Source of the DNA: Bacteroidaceae bacterium
GTDB lineage: Bacteria > Bacteroidota > Bacteroidia > Bacteroidales > Bacteroidaceae
Length of the DNA: 64,000 nt
Assembly: GCA_045220575.1 (NCBI GenBank)
Contig: JBGUVX010000032.1
Span: 4,055-68,054, forward strand
Direction of reading: 5' to 3'
Made by a program: the position numbers and the translations under genes
Notes under the pieces: model-generated
Seen by the model: the letters and a program-made list of their open reading frames with translations, nothing else
Database searches by the model: none
Told to the model about the DNA's origin: nothing
Part shown: positions 36,147 through 45,630 of the stretch, in pieces
Layout: each line of letters begins with the position of its first letter
Position numbering within the stretch: the first letter of the stretch is position 1

Positions 36147-37004
36147 ATGGATATACAGAAAATACAAGAATACAAATCAGCCTTTGACTTGATAGCAAAG
36201 AATATCAAGGATGAAGAAGGTAATACTATTGAAGTATGGTACGCCCGCGAGCTGCAACAAGTGTTAGGCTATTCCAGATGGGAGAATTTTGTCGTAGCCA
36301 TTGGTCGTGCAATGGAATCATGTAAAACACTGGGAATCAACATTGACGATCATTTTCGTGAGGTCACGAAAATGATAGCGTTGGCAAAGGGTGCTCAGCG
36401 TGATATTCAGGACTTCATGCTCACCAGATATGCCTGCTATCTGATAGCTCAGAATGGTGACCCGAAGAAGGAAGAGATTGCTTTTGCTCAAAGTTATTTT
36501 GCCGTGCAGACTCGCAAGGCAGAACTCATAGAGGAGCGTTTGAATGAGTTTGCCCGCCTCAATACCCGTGAGCGTTTACGTGCATCGGAGAAACAACTTA
36601 GTCGCAATATTTATGAGCGTGGAGTGGATGACAAAGGCTTTGGCCGTATCCGTTCCAAAGGCGATTGTGCCCTGTTCGGCGGACTCTCTACAGAGCAGAT
36701 GAAGAAGCGGTTGGGCATCAAAAGCGGTGCTTTGGCCGACTATTTGCCGACGCTCACCATCGCTGCCAAGAATCTGGCGACGGAGATGACCAACTACAAT
36801 GTGGAACAGAAGGACCTCTATGGCGAGGCCAACATTACTGCCGAGCATGTTCAGAACAACCGTAGTGTTCGTAGTATGCTGGGCCAGCGAGGCATCAAGC
36901 CTGAGAACCTCCCACCTGCTGAGGACATCAAGAAGGTAGAAAGGCGTGTAGCCAAAGATGAAAAGAGTATGCAGAAAGATACACCAAAATTACCTAAGAA
37001 ATGA
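36147..37004 (+). CDS. dinD: DNA damage-inducible protein D homologue
   Basis: Aligns by eye with E. coli DinD (ARELQQVLGYSRWENF, IDDHFRE, LTRYACYLIAQNGDPKK, SYFAVQTRKAEL). The track start at 36081 is TTG; ATG at 36147. Confidence 0.85.
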   Translation: MDIQKIQEYKSAFDLIAKNIKDEEGNTIEVWYARELQQVLGYSRWENFVVAIGRAMESCKTLGINIDDHFREVTKMIALAKGAQRDIQDFMLTRYACYLIAQNGDPKKEEIAFAQSYFAVQTRKAELIEERLNEFARLNTRERLRASEKQLSRNIYERGVDDKGFGRIRSKGDCALFGGLSTEQMKKRLGIKSGALADYLPTLTIAAKNLATEMTNYNVEQKDLYGEANITAEHVQNNRSVRSMLGQRGIKPENLPPAEDIKKVERRVAKDEKSMQKDTPKLPKK

Positions 37005-37093
37005 GAAGGCCTAATATTTACGATTGCACTTTTATATGCTCCTATGACATTATAATATTTGGACTATACCGAAGTGCTTGAAGTCCACGAGGC

Positions 37094-37152
37094 TTTGCAA
37101 AAATCCTGCGAATCTCTTTCGGCTGTGAAAAACTTTTCGTAATTTAGCAGCC
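37094..37152 (+). repeat. 59-bp direct repeat, copy 2
   Basis: TTTGCAAAAATCCTGCGAATCTCTTTCGGCTGTGAAAAACTTTTCGTAATTTAGCAGCC. It lies 1201 bp downstream of copy 1. Confidence 0.9.
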
Positions 37153-37375
37153 GTAACAACCAAAATTGACTGCCAATGGAATAATATATTGATGTAAGGA
37201 CATACAGACAGAAGCGTCCGCTTAGATTCTTGTTCTACAAATTCGCCAAAATTTCAAGAACTATCAAGAGTAAAGGCACGGATGCTCACGCCGATGGCGT
37301 GGGCTTTTACTCGGATATGATAGTTGGGTGTTTGGCGATACCTGTAGAGCGTAGACGAATGAAGTCCACGTCTTT

Positions 37376-37383
37376 TATATTTG
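37376..37383 (+). promoter_or_regulatory. -7 box TATATTTG for 37429-39467
   Basis: Perfect TAnnTTTG, 45 nt before the ATG at 37429. Confidence 0.5.
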
Positions 37384-37428
37384 TATACAATACATCTCTT
37401 CCAAATAAGATTCTAAATCTTTAAAGCA

Positions 37429-37839
37429 ATGAAGAAAAAGTTACTTCTTTTATTATTTTCAACAATATCTCCTTTAGCTGGTATAGGCCAATGTAGTATT
37501 CTTACAATATGGCAAACAGGCAAACCAGCAGTGGAATTCGCTTTCGAGAACAAACCGCGAATTACTTACCAAGCAGAGACGATGCTTCTCAAGGCCAATA
37601 ACATTCAAGTTGAATATCCTCTTAAAGAAATAGAGAGAATTACATTCAATGGAGCACAGCAGGATGCAATCAGTTTTCTATATGTTAAAGCTAAATCAGG
37701 AGGGACCAGCGTGTACTCTATGGATGGGCAACTCATCCAAACTATTGACCAGGAAAGACAACTGAACTTAGACGCGCTTCCCAAGGGTGTCTATGTCATT
37801 GAACGCAATGGCGTAACATTTAAATTGCTGAAGAAATGA
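37429..37839 (+). CDS. Small secreted protein with a T9SS-like tail (paralogue of 33491-33847)
   Basis: 136 aa. Signal peptide, N-terminal beta module, tail SVYSMDGQLIQ...LPKGVYVIERNGVTFKLLKK. AT-rich codon usage. Confidence 0.65.
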   Translation: MKKKLLLLLFSTISPLAGIGQCSILTIWQTGKPAVEFAFENKPRITYQAETMLLKANNIQVEYPLKEIERITFNGAQQDAISFLYVKAKSGGTSVYSMDGQLIQTIDQERQLNLDALPKGVYVIERNGVTFKLLKK

Positions 37840-39467
37840 GAACGATTTACACTTACGCACTTTTGTTTGCACTGTCAGCGACGTTGAGGATAGAAGCACA
37901 GACCATTCAGGTTTATCGCAAAAACCTTGGATTAGAACAATACATGTCTTCAAAGGTTGATTCGATTTTATCATTCTATGATGGTATAGAATACTTTCAC
38001 GAGATAAGGCAAGGCGAGAACAGCGAAACAATATATGTCAATGATATTGATAGTATCATCTGCACTTCTGAGGGGAATCAACAGGTCACAGGTCCAACTG
38101 TAGGACGTTTCCTTGCTGATTGTTTGGAAAATCCGATCTCAGGATACCAAGTCTGGGCAAAGCTAACACAGGCTACAGGATTCAAGGATTCTCTAAACGC
38201 CACCTCACAAAATTCATGGGAATCCCGATTTACCCTCTTCGCTGAACCTGACACCTGCTGGGAAAAGATATTGAGTAAACCTGCAGCGGACATAACTGTT
38301 GAAGATATTAAAGGATACATCCTTCAGGTAGATAATTCATTGGATGGAACCAATGATAATGAATACACAAACGATTCAAATGTTGTTCATCAGTTTGTGG
38401 CATACCATATTCTACCCGTGCAGCTCTCTCCTTATCAACTGGTCGTGCATGCAAACGAATATGCTTACGACATAAATCGCCCTGGAAAGTTAACCATCCC
38501 CGTGATGGATTATTACCAGACAATGAATAGTCGTCTACTGAAAGTGTATGAATCAGCTGAGAGTAATGGCATATACCTGAACAGATTCCCTGTCCTTGAC
38601 AATTCACGTCATGGAACTGGGCATGAAATTTCATGTTCCCAAGAATATATTGGTGTGAGGGTTCAAAAGGACAATGCCATATTGAACCTGACTAATGGCA
38701 TCATCTATCCTATCGAAGGTTTACTCTTGTATGATACAAAAACAAAGCATTCATTAGCAGACAGTCGTTTACGCTTTGATGCTATTACCCTGTTCCCAGA
38801 ATTATTGAATCTCGGTATACGTCGAAAATGCTCAAAAGAAGAAGCAGACCAAAATGTTTCAATACCCGTTGATACAATATTCCAAGGTTCTGACAATCTT
38901 GAAGCGAACGATGAAACTTCACTTGTATATTTCAATGGATATAAAGAAAACTATTGTTATTATCAAGGCGATGTCCTTAACTTCAATGGCGATTCTTATA
39001 ATATAGTTATTAAACTCCCACCAATTCCTGCAACGGGAACATATCAATTTAGAATAGGTTCAACCTTAGCAGATGATAGGAGCTTATATCAGTTATATTT
39101 CGGAGAAGATAAAAACATGTTGATGCCTATGGGAATTCCTCAAGATTGGCGTACAAGGATGATTGAATCCTCTGGTTGGAAGGAAGATACAAATGATGAT
39201 GAGACAAATGCACTACATGATAAAAATATGCGAAACTTAGGATTTTGCAAAGGACCTTTCAGCTACGGAGGTGAAGGCTATGAGTCAGCACGTAATAATC
39301 CCAAAAGTTTAAGAAATATTGGTTTCATCCAAAAAATGGAAGTGGATAAATCCTATTACATCCGCATTAAAAATGTATGGCAGGGAAATGGCATCTTCCT
39401 CGATTATATTGAATTAGTTCCTGAATCGATATATAATAATCCCAATATAGAAGAAGACATTTGGTGA
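37836..39467 (+). CDS. Secreted hypothetical protein (543 aa)
   Basis: Signal peptide. ATGA overlap with the upstream small gene. AT-rich. FVAYHILP is faintly FAS1-like, but I am not confident of any family. Confidence 0.65.
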   Translation: MRTIYTYALLFALSATLRIEAQTIQVYRKNLGLEQYMSSKVDSILSFYDGIEYFHEIRQGENSETIYVNDIDSIICTSEGNQQVTGPTVGRFLADCLENPISGYQVWAKLTQATGFKDSLNATSQNSWESRFTLFAEPDTCWEKILSKPAADITVEDIKGYILQVDNSLDGTNDNEYTNDSNVVHQFVAYHILPVQLSPYQLVVHANEYAYDINRPGKLTIPVMDYYQTMNSRLLKVYESAESNGIYLNRFPVLDNSRHGTGHEISCSQEYIGVRVQKDNAILNLTNGIIYPIEGLLLYDTKTKHSLADSRLRFDAITLFPELLNLGIRRKCSKEEADQNVSIPVDTIFQGSDNLEANDETSLVYFNGYKENYCYYQGDVLNFNGDSYNIVIKLPPIPATGTYQFRIGSTLADDRSLYQLYFGEDKNMLMPMGIPQDWRTRMIESSGWKEDTNDDETNALHDKNMRNLGFCKGPFSYGGEGYESARNNPKSLRNIGFIQKMEVDKSYYIRIKNVWQGNGIFLDYIELVPESIYNNPNIEEDIW

Positions 39468-39667
39468 ACTGCATCAACGAACATGAGAGTCATAGGGACG
39501 GCTTCGCTAACCTTATGAGGGCATTTACGAATAGAAAAACCGCATTTGTCACTCAGTTAGGTGGCAGGTGCGGTAGAACGCGAAAGGGCAGATAAAAGGG
39601 CAGATAAACAAATATATAAAAGGAGATTAACATCCCGAACCACAAACTATCGACTATTGGAAAGAAA

Positions 39668-39709
39668 CACCGCACTTGTCACTCATCGTGGCAGGTGCGG
39701 TTTGGTTTT
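39668..39709. terminator. Strong hairpin terminator between convergent genes
   Basis: CACCGCACTTGTCAC-TCATC-GTGGCAGGTGCGGT (about 14 bp including G-U pairs) followed by TTTGGTTTT. A related hairpin lies at 39539-39574. Confidence 0.75.
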
Positions 39710-39872
39710 GTGGTGAAGCAGGGGCGGTTAGAAGGCGCGTTCGGCCCAGTCGCTACGGTCGAGGTTGCGGTAGCCGATGGCTTCGGCGATGTGGTGGGAT
39801 TGCAGGTATTCACATCCTATGTTCCGATGGCGGACTGCCTTGGCACGATGATGGGGTGATGTCTGCGAAGGG

Positions 39873-42437
39873 TTATTTGGCTACGATCTTATTGCCGCCC
39901 TGGATGTAGATGTTCCCTTTTTCTACCTTGTTGACTCGCACGCCGCTGAGGTGGTAGATAGGCTGAGCGTGGGTTTCCGCTTCTGTGATGCGGTTCGCCC
40001 CTGTCTCGATAACATCATAGACTGTGATCTTCCAGTCGGTGGACCAGTTATATTGGTCAGACTGCACGGTGTTGTTTGATGCTTTGTATTTACCGCCCAT
40101 ATCACCATTCTCGGAAGAGGCTGACCACACACCATTGATGCGCATTGACAGACAACCGGCGGCAACACCGGGCTCGATGGTATAGACGGCCCCCGTGGCA
40201 TCCACGCCCTCGTACGTCAGATAACGGCCTTCTGCCTTGGCGGATTCAAACTTCCAGCCGCCATCCACCTTCACAGCCCTCCAACCGCCGTCGCTGTCGG
40301 TAGGTGGGGTAGTGCTCATCGAACGGGTCGTGCCGTCGTAGTAAACGTAGTTGGTGGTGCCGCCATTGCGGGCAACATATCCCGCGATGGTATATAGCTG
40401 GCCGTCCTGAACTTGTAGGCGGTCGAAATCGGAAGCGTCCACCTCTTCAATCTTGTACTTACAGCCGTCATCGCTCAAATTGCTGCCGCCGCCCCAGTTC
40501 AGAATGTTGTAGGGGGTGTTGTTCTGCTGGTTGAGCTGGTTCGTGCCGCTCTTGATGATAAACAGCCCGGGGGTGTTGCTCTCGACAAACGACCATCCGT
40601 TGGCGGGTTTTGCCTTTGTCGTGGAAATAGGCGAGGTCATGGCCATGTAGGAGTCGTCATAGACGCTCTTGATGTCGAAAGAGCCATCGTTACGTCCCTC
40701 CAACTGCCATACTTGACTGTCGAAGGTGGTTAGTGGCAGACCAGACATGGTTGTGCCGCTGCCGTTGTTTGTCAGATAGCGGGAACCGCGGTTGGGAGTA
40801 TAGAGGCGGAAGTACTTGCCTGCTGTGTTCGCACTTGTGGGGGCAATCACCTCAAGACCGGCCTTAAGCGCATTGACGGCATTCGTCACCTCGGCATCGG
40901 TGATGGTCTGCTGGGCCAGCACGCTAAATGCGGCATCCTCTGCAGCCCTGAAGGCACTGACGCTGGCTTCGGTGTAGTCGCCGACTTTCGTCCCGGCCAC
41001 TATGTCACGACCAGCGGTGATGGCTGTTCCGATGGTGTTGCGGCGCGTGGCCATGGCATAGTTGGTGTTGCCTGTCTCAACGGATACGGGAACCAGTTGG
41101 TTGGTGTCAAAATCGGCATTGTAGGCGGCAGCCATCGCATTGGCAAAGACTACACTACCTTTTCCGAGGAGGTATTGGTTGCTGTTGACGTAGTTGCCAT
41201 CCGCATTGTCACCATTGAGCAACGGGGTGTAAGTATCTACGAACTTGACATTCGCGTCGCCGGCAGCGAGCGTATTATTTAACCAGTTGTTGAAGGTGGT
41301 GATGCGGCCTGTATTCAGAGAGGCATTGTTGTAGCGAGGATGGATGGCCATCACGTAGATCTTAGCTGTCGGGGCTTTCGCCTTCAGCTTGTTGATGAGC
41401 GCTGTGTAGTTCGACTGCACCGTTGCCATGGCGGTAGAGCCTGTGACATCGCTCGTTCCTGTATATACGAAGATGGCTCTCGGACAGCCGGACTTGTCGG
41501 CGCCGGTGGCTGCCCATGTGGCATCCACTTCCTTGCTGGTTGTGGCGATGTCTCCGCTGTTGTTCCAGCCCGTGCCGCGGTTCTTGACGTTGGGGTTGCC
41601 CAGCAGCTCCCACCATTCGGCCGTCTTGATCTCGGCATCGCCGAATATCATGATGTCATCGTCGCTGATGGGCATCACCGAGAACATGGTGGCACGTCCA
41701 CCGTGCATACTGGTGAGGCCGTCCTGACGCTGAACGGTGGTGAGGTCTCCGTTGACATCGTCGTACACGCTGGTGACATTCTCGCCTAAGTAGGGTAGGA
41801 TGGCGTGACACCATATCTTATAGGCGGCGGCATTGGGGTGGAGGTTGTCATTGCTCCAGGCTCCGCCGTTAGCCAGATTCTGCAGTGCGTCGTAGATATC
41901 TACGAAGGTGAGGAGGGCATCGTTCGATGTGTTGATGTAGTCCTTCAGGATCTCGTTGTAGTGCAGCCACGTTGCCCGAACACGATTACCAGTGTTGTTG
42001 TTCAGAATCGGGTACAGGTAGATATGTGTGCTTGGCGAACGCCGGTGAATGCGATTCACCATGCTCTTGACATAGCTGAGCACCTGCTCGGGGGTGAAGT
42101 TGAGGCCGCCGCTGGTGGCGATGTCGTTTGTGCCTATCATCAGAAACACCTTGGATGGTCCGTTGGCAATGTAGCTCTCGATGTTCTCACTCTGCTCCGT
42201 GGAGTAGGAACCCGAGTTTCCGCGGTTGCAGATGGGTAGGTAGTTGCCGTTGGCATCCCGGAATACCTCCTGCCAGATGTGCATGTCGGTGATGCTGTTA
42301 CCGATCATCAGGATACTGCCTGCCTTGGGAGACAACACCTTGAAACCGTCATAGCGTGCAGTACGGAATGGACCGTCGGCCCATGATAGAACGATGCCGC
42401 AGATGAGCAACATCAGTGTAGTTAAGGTCTTTTTCAT
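39873..42437 (-). CDS. Secreted tandem SGNH/GDSL esterase with lectin-like domains and a T9SS C-terminal sorting domain
   Basis: 854 aa. Contains ILMIGNSITDMH and LMIGTNDI, then a second SGNH-like half (IMIFGDAEI, VYTGTSDV). Tail is IYHLSGVRVNKVEKGNIYIQGGNKIVAK. Confidence 0.8.
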   Translation of the reverse strand: MKKTLTTLMLLICGIVLSWADGPFRTARYDGFKVLSPKAGSILMIGNSITDMHIWQEVFRDANGNYLPICNRGNSGSYSTEQSENIESYIANGPSKVFLMIGTNDIATSGGLNFTPEQVLSYVKSMVNRIHRRSPSTHIYLYPILNNNTGNRVRATWLHYNEILKDYINTSNDALLTFVDIYDALQNLANGGAWSNDNLHPNAAAYKIWCHAILPYLGENVTSVYDDVNGDLTTVQRQDGLTSMHGGRATMFSVMPISDDDIMIFGDAEIKTAEWWELLGNPNVKNRGTGWNNSGDIATTSKEVDATWAATGADKSGCPRAIFVYTGTSDVTGSTAMATVQSNYTALINKLKAKAPTAKIYVMAIHPRYNNASLNTGRITTFNNWLNNTLAAGDANVKFVDTYTPLLNGDNADGNYVNSNQYLLGKGSVVFANAMAAAYNADFDTNQLVPVSVETGNTNYAMATRRNTIGTAITAGRDIVAGTKVGDYTEASVSAFRAAEDAAFSVLAQQTITDAEVTNAVNALKAGLEVIAPTSANTAGKYFRLYTPNRGSRYLTNNGSGTTMSGLPLTTFDSQVWQLEGRNDGSFDIKSVYDDSYMAMTSPISTTKAKPANGWSFVESNTPGLFIIKSGTNQLNQQNNTPYNILNWGGGSNLSDDGCKYKIEEVDASDFDRLQVQDGQLYTIAGYVARNGGTTNYVYYDGTTRSMSTTPPTDSDGGWRAVKVDGGWKFESAKAEGRYLTYEGVDATGAVYTIEPGVAAGCLSMRINGVWSASSENGDMGGKYKASNNTVQSDQYNWSTDWKITVYDVIETGANRITEAETHAQPIYHLSGVRVNKVEKGNIYIQGGNKIVAK

Positions 42438-42521
42438 AGTTGTAACTTATTGGTTGAGTTATTTAATTTCCGTTTGTCTATTTACCATCTGACGATTTAT
42501 GATTTATCATTTACCGTTTAT
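42438..42521. repeat. Heptamer-phased spacer (12 words)
   Basis: AGTTGTA ACTTATT GGTTGAG TTATTTA ATTTCCG TTTGTCT ATTTACC ATCTGAC GATTTAT GATTTAT CATTTAC CGTTTAT. It is the whole comM-to-esterase spacer. Confidence 0.75.
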
Positions 42522-42523
42522 TG

Positions 42524-44083
42524 TCACTCTCCCCACGTTTCGCGGTCGAGACTGCGGTAACCGATGGCCTCGGCAATATGCTGGCGCTGCACCTTCTCCG
42601 AGCCTTCGAGGTCTGCAATGGTGCGGGCCACCTTCAAGATGCGAGTGTAGGCACGAGCCGAGAGGCTTAGCTTCTCCATAGCCATTCGCAGCATATCGAA
42701 ACTCTGTGCATCGGGTTCGGCAAACTGGTGCAGCATCTTTTCCGTCATTTGTGCATTGCAATAGATGCGTGAGGCGCCCTCGGCAATAGGGAGCGAACGG
42801 AAACGCTCTTCCTGAATCTGTCTTGCCTTGATGACTCGCTCTCGAATCTTTTCGCTTGGTTCCCCTGGCTGCATCTGACTAAGCTGAGCAAAGGGCACGG
42901 GCTGTATCTCGCACTGGATGTCTATGCGGTCGAGCAGCGGGCCGCTGATTTTGCTCATATACTGCTGGATGCGACCGGGCGTGCAGGTACAGGTGTGGGT
43001 AGGGTCGCCATAATAGCCGCAGGGGCATGGATTCATGCTGGCAACGAACATGAAGGATGCAGGATAGGTGACGGCATAGCGAGCACGGGATACGTTGATA
43101 ATCCTGTCCTCCAAAGGCTGGCGCAGGACTTCGAGCACCGAACGCGAAAACTCTGGCAATTCATCAAGGAAAAGAACTCCATTGTGAGCCAGGCTAATCT
43201 CGCCCGGCTGCGGGTTTTGTCCACCTCCCACGAGAGCCACCTGTGAGATGGTATGATGAGGCGAGCGGAAGGGACGCTGGGCAATGAGCGACGTATCGCG
43301 GTTCAGCTTTCCTGCCACAGAATGAATCTGTGTCGTTTCCAAGCTTTCGCTGAGCGTAAGAGGTGGCAATATGGTTGGAAGCCGCTTGGCCAACATGGAC
43401 TTTCCACTTCCCGGCGGCCCTATCATTATCATATTGTGCCCTCCAGCAGCAGCCACCTCCATCGCACGCTTCACAGCCTCTTGTCCCTTGACATCTGCAA
43501 AGTCCAGCTCAAAGTCATTCTGGCGACGATAAAACTCCTCGCGCGTCTGCACCTCGGTAGGTGAGATGGCAAGTGGGGTGTCGTTGAGCAGGTCGATGAC
43601 CTGTTGCATGTTGTCGGCCCCGTAGACCTGCAACTTATTGACCACAGCAGCCTCACGCACATTCTGCTGAGGCACGATGAGCCCTTCGTAACCTTGTTCA
43701 CGAGCCATTATGGCTATGGGCAAGGCACCACGTATGGGCAGCAGGGAACCGTCGAGACTGAGTTCGCCCACCATCAGGAACTTCGGCAGGCGCTCGGTAG
43801 AAACTTCACCCGCCGTAGCCATAATGCCGATGGCTATGGGCAGGTCATAAGCCGAGCCTTCCTTCTTCAGGTCGGCAGGCGTGAGGTTCACCGTCAGGTT
43901 CTGCATGGGGAAGCGGTAGCCGCTGTTCTGAATGGCAGCCACAATGCGCTGGTAGCTTTCCTTAACCGCATTGTCCGGGAGTCCCACGAGGAAGAAGTGC
44001 ATACCTCGCGAGGCATTTACCTCCGTCGTTACGGGAATGGCTTCCAAACCCTGTACTGCTGCTGCGTGAACCTTAACGAGCAT
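42524..44083 (-). CDS. comM: YifB/ComM-family Mg-chelatase-like AAA+ ATPase
   Basis: 519 aa. Lon-like N-domain, Walker A (IGPPGSGKSMLAKRL), FLDELPEF, and a C-terminal ChlI-like domain. Confidence 0.9.
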   Translation of the reverse strand: MLVKVHAAAVQGLEAIPVTTEVNASRGMHFFLVGLPDNAVKESYQRIVAAIQNSGYRFPMQNLTVNLTPADLKKEGSAYDLPIAIGIMATAGEVSTERLPKFLMVGELSLDGSLLPIRGALPIAIMAREQGYEGLIVPQQNVREAAVVNKLQVYGADNMQQVIDLLNDTPLAISPTEVQTREEFYRRQNDFELDFADVKGQEAVKRAMEVAAAGGHNMIMIGPPGSGKSMLAKRLPTILPPLTLSESLETTQIHSVAGKLNRDTSLIAQRPFRSPHHTISQVALVGGGQNPQPGEISLAHNGVLFLDELPEFSRSVLEVLRQPLEDRIINVSRARYAVTYPASFMFVASMNPCPCGYYGDPTHTCTCTPGRIQQYMSKISGPLLDRIDIQCEIQPVPFAQLSQMQPGEPSEKIRERVIKARQIQEERFRSLPIAEGASRIYCNAQMTEKMLHQFAEPDAQSFDMLRMAMEKLSLSARAYTRILKVARTIADLEGSEKVQRQHIAEAIGYRSLDRETWGE

Positions 44084-44086
44084 AGT

Positions 44087-44503
44087 CTATTCTTCGTTGA
44101 GAATTTCCTGAAGCGGCATCATCACGAATTCGCGTTCGTTGATGTGGGGATGCGGCAGCACAAGGTCGGGTTCTTCGATGTGCAAGTCGTCATACATCAG
44201 CAGGTCGATGTCGATGGTGCGATCCTGAAAGAGACCGTTCTCCGTTTTATCGGTACGTCCCAACTGACGCTCGATACGCTGCGACTCCTTCAGACAACGC
44301 TGTGGCGAGAGCGTGGTGATGACCAGTGCGGCGGCATTGAGGAATTCATTCTCGGACTCGAATCCCCAAGGTGCCGTTTCATAGTACGACGACACACGAA
44401 CAACCTGCCCGATGCGTTCGTCAACCAGTTGCAACGCCTCGTCGAGCAAAGCCTTACGGTCGCCCAGATTACTGCCCAGACCAATATACAACTTGTGTTC
44501 CAT
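44087..44503 (-). CDS. folK: 2-amino-4-hydroxy-6-hydroxymethyldihydropteridine diphosphokinase
   Basis: Starts at the ATG at 44503 ([16 protein letters not shown]), which forms an ATGA overlap with the queA stop. Contains IDIDLL, LVLPHP. Confidence 0.88.
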   Translation of the reverse strand: MEHKLYIGLGSNLGDRKALLDEALQLVDERIGQVVRVSSYYETAPWGFESENEFLNAAALVITTLSPQRCLKESQRIERQLGRTDKTENGLFQDRTIDIDLLMYDDLHIEEPDLVLPHPHINEREFVMMPLQEILNEE

Positions 44504-45567
44504 CAGTCTTGAATAATAAGCATGGCATCGCCGTAAACGCCAAAGCGGTAGCGCTTGTCGTGAAGGGCTTCGTTGTAGGCTTTCATAATACGTTCGTAGC
44601 CACCGTAGGCACAAGTGAGCATGAGCATCGTGCTCTGTGGCATATAGAAATTAGCCACCATAGCATCGGCTATCTGGAACTCGTAGGGAGGGAAGATGAA
44701 GCGGTTGGTCCAGCCCTCGAATTCCTTTATCTTTCCATCGGCAGAAACGGCTGTTTCGAGAACACGCTGCACGGTGGTACCCACGGCACAAATCTTGTTT
44801 CCCTCTTCCTTGGCCTTGTTCACGGCATCGCAAGCCTGCTGTCCGACGTGCATCTCCTCGCTGTCCATCTTGTGCTTGGTCAGGTCTTCGACATCGATTT
44901 CGCGGAAGTTACCCAAACCGCAATGCATGGTGACATAGGCAAACTCGATACCCTTGATTTCCATGCGCTTCAACAGTTGGCGCGAGAAGTGGAGTCCTGA
45001 GCAAGGAGCCGTCACGGCACCTTCGTTACGGGCATAGATGCACTGGAAGTTTTCCATGTCATCGGGCTCAGACGGACGCTTTATCATCTCCTTCGGCAGC
45101 GGAGCCTCACCAAGGGCAAAGAGTGCCTGCTTGAATTCTTCGTGGTCGCCATCGTAGAGGAAGCGAAGCGTACGACCGCGGCTTGTGGTATTGTCGATGA
45201 CTTCGGCCACCATAGAATCGTCCTGACCAAAATAAAGTTTGTTGCCGATACGAATCTTTCGTGCCGGGTCGACGAGGACGTCCCACAGGCGTAACTTCTC
45301 ATTCAACTCCCGAAGCAGGAACACCTCAATCTTGGCACCTGTCTTCTCCTTGTTACCATAGAGGCGGGCAGGGAACACCTGCGTGTCGTTGAACACGAAA
45401 ACATCCTTCTCATCGAAATAATCCAGTATGTCACGGAACTGATCACGATGTTCGATGACGCCACTCTTGGTATGAATGACCATCAGTCGGCAATCGTCAC
45501 GATAGGGGGTGGGATACTGTGCTATGCGTTCCTCTGGAAGTTTGTAGTTGAATTGTGAAAGCTTCAT
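44503..45567 (-). CDS. queA: S-adenosylmethionine:tRNA ribosyltransferase-isomerase
   Basis: 354 aa. [41 protein letters not shown]. Confidence 0.95.
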   Translation of the reverse strand: MKLSQFNYKLPEERIAQYPTPYRDDCRLMVIHTKSGVIEHRDQFRDILDYFDEKDVFVFNDTQVFPARLYGNKEKTGAKIEVFLLRELNEKLRLWDVLVDPARKIRIGNKLYFGQDDSMVAEVIDNTTSRGRTLRFLYDGDHEEFKQALFALGEAPLPKEMIKRPSEPDDMENFQCIYARNEGAVTAPCSGLHFSRQLLKRMEIKGIEFAYVTMHCGLGNFREIDVEDLTKHKMDSEEMHVGQQACDAVNKAKEEGNKICAVGTTVQRVLETAVSADGKIKEFEGWTNRFIFPPYEFQIADAMVANFYMPQSTMLMLTCAYGGYERIMKAYNEALHDKRYRFGVYGDAMLIIQD

Positions 45568-45630
45568 ATAAACAATTTAACGATTAACTATTTACAATTT
45601 ATTTACGATTTACTATTACCGATTTGACAA
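45568..45630. repeat. Heptamer tract (ATTTAC words)
   Basis: ATAAACA ATTTAAC GATTAAC TATTTAC AATTTAT TTACGAT TTACTAT TACCGAT TTGACAA. It covers the truB stop and the spacer up to the queA start. Confidence 0.8.

Noticed and set aside
35893-37152. Integron-style attC sites (suggested by the 59-bp length)
   Set aside because: There are no RYYYAAC/GTTRRRY core sites at the repeat ends, no intI gene, and only weak internal dyad symmetry.
39676-39909. 77-aa + ORF
   Set aside because: It begins inside the terminator hairpin and overlaps the 3' end of the esterase gene. Its Arg/Gly-rich composition marks it as spurious.
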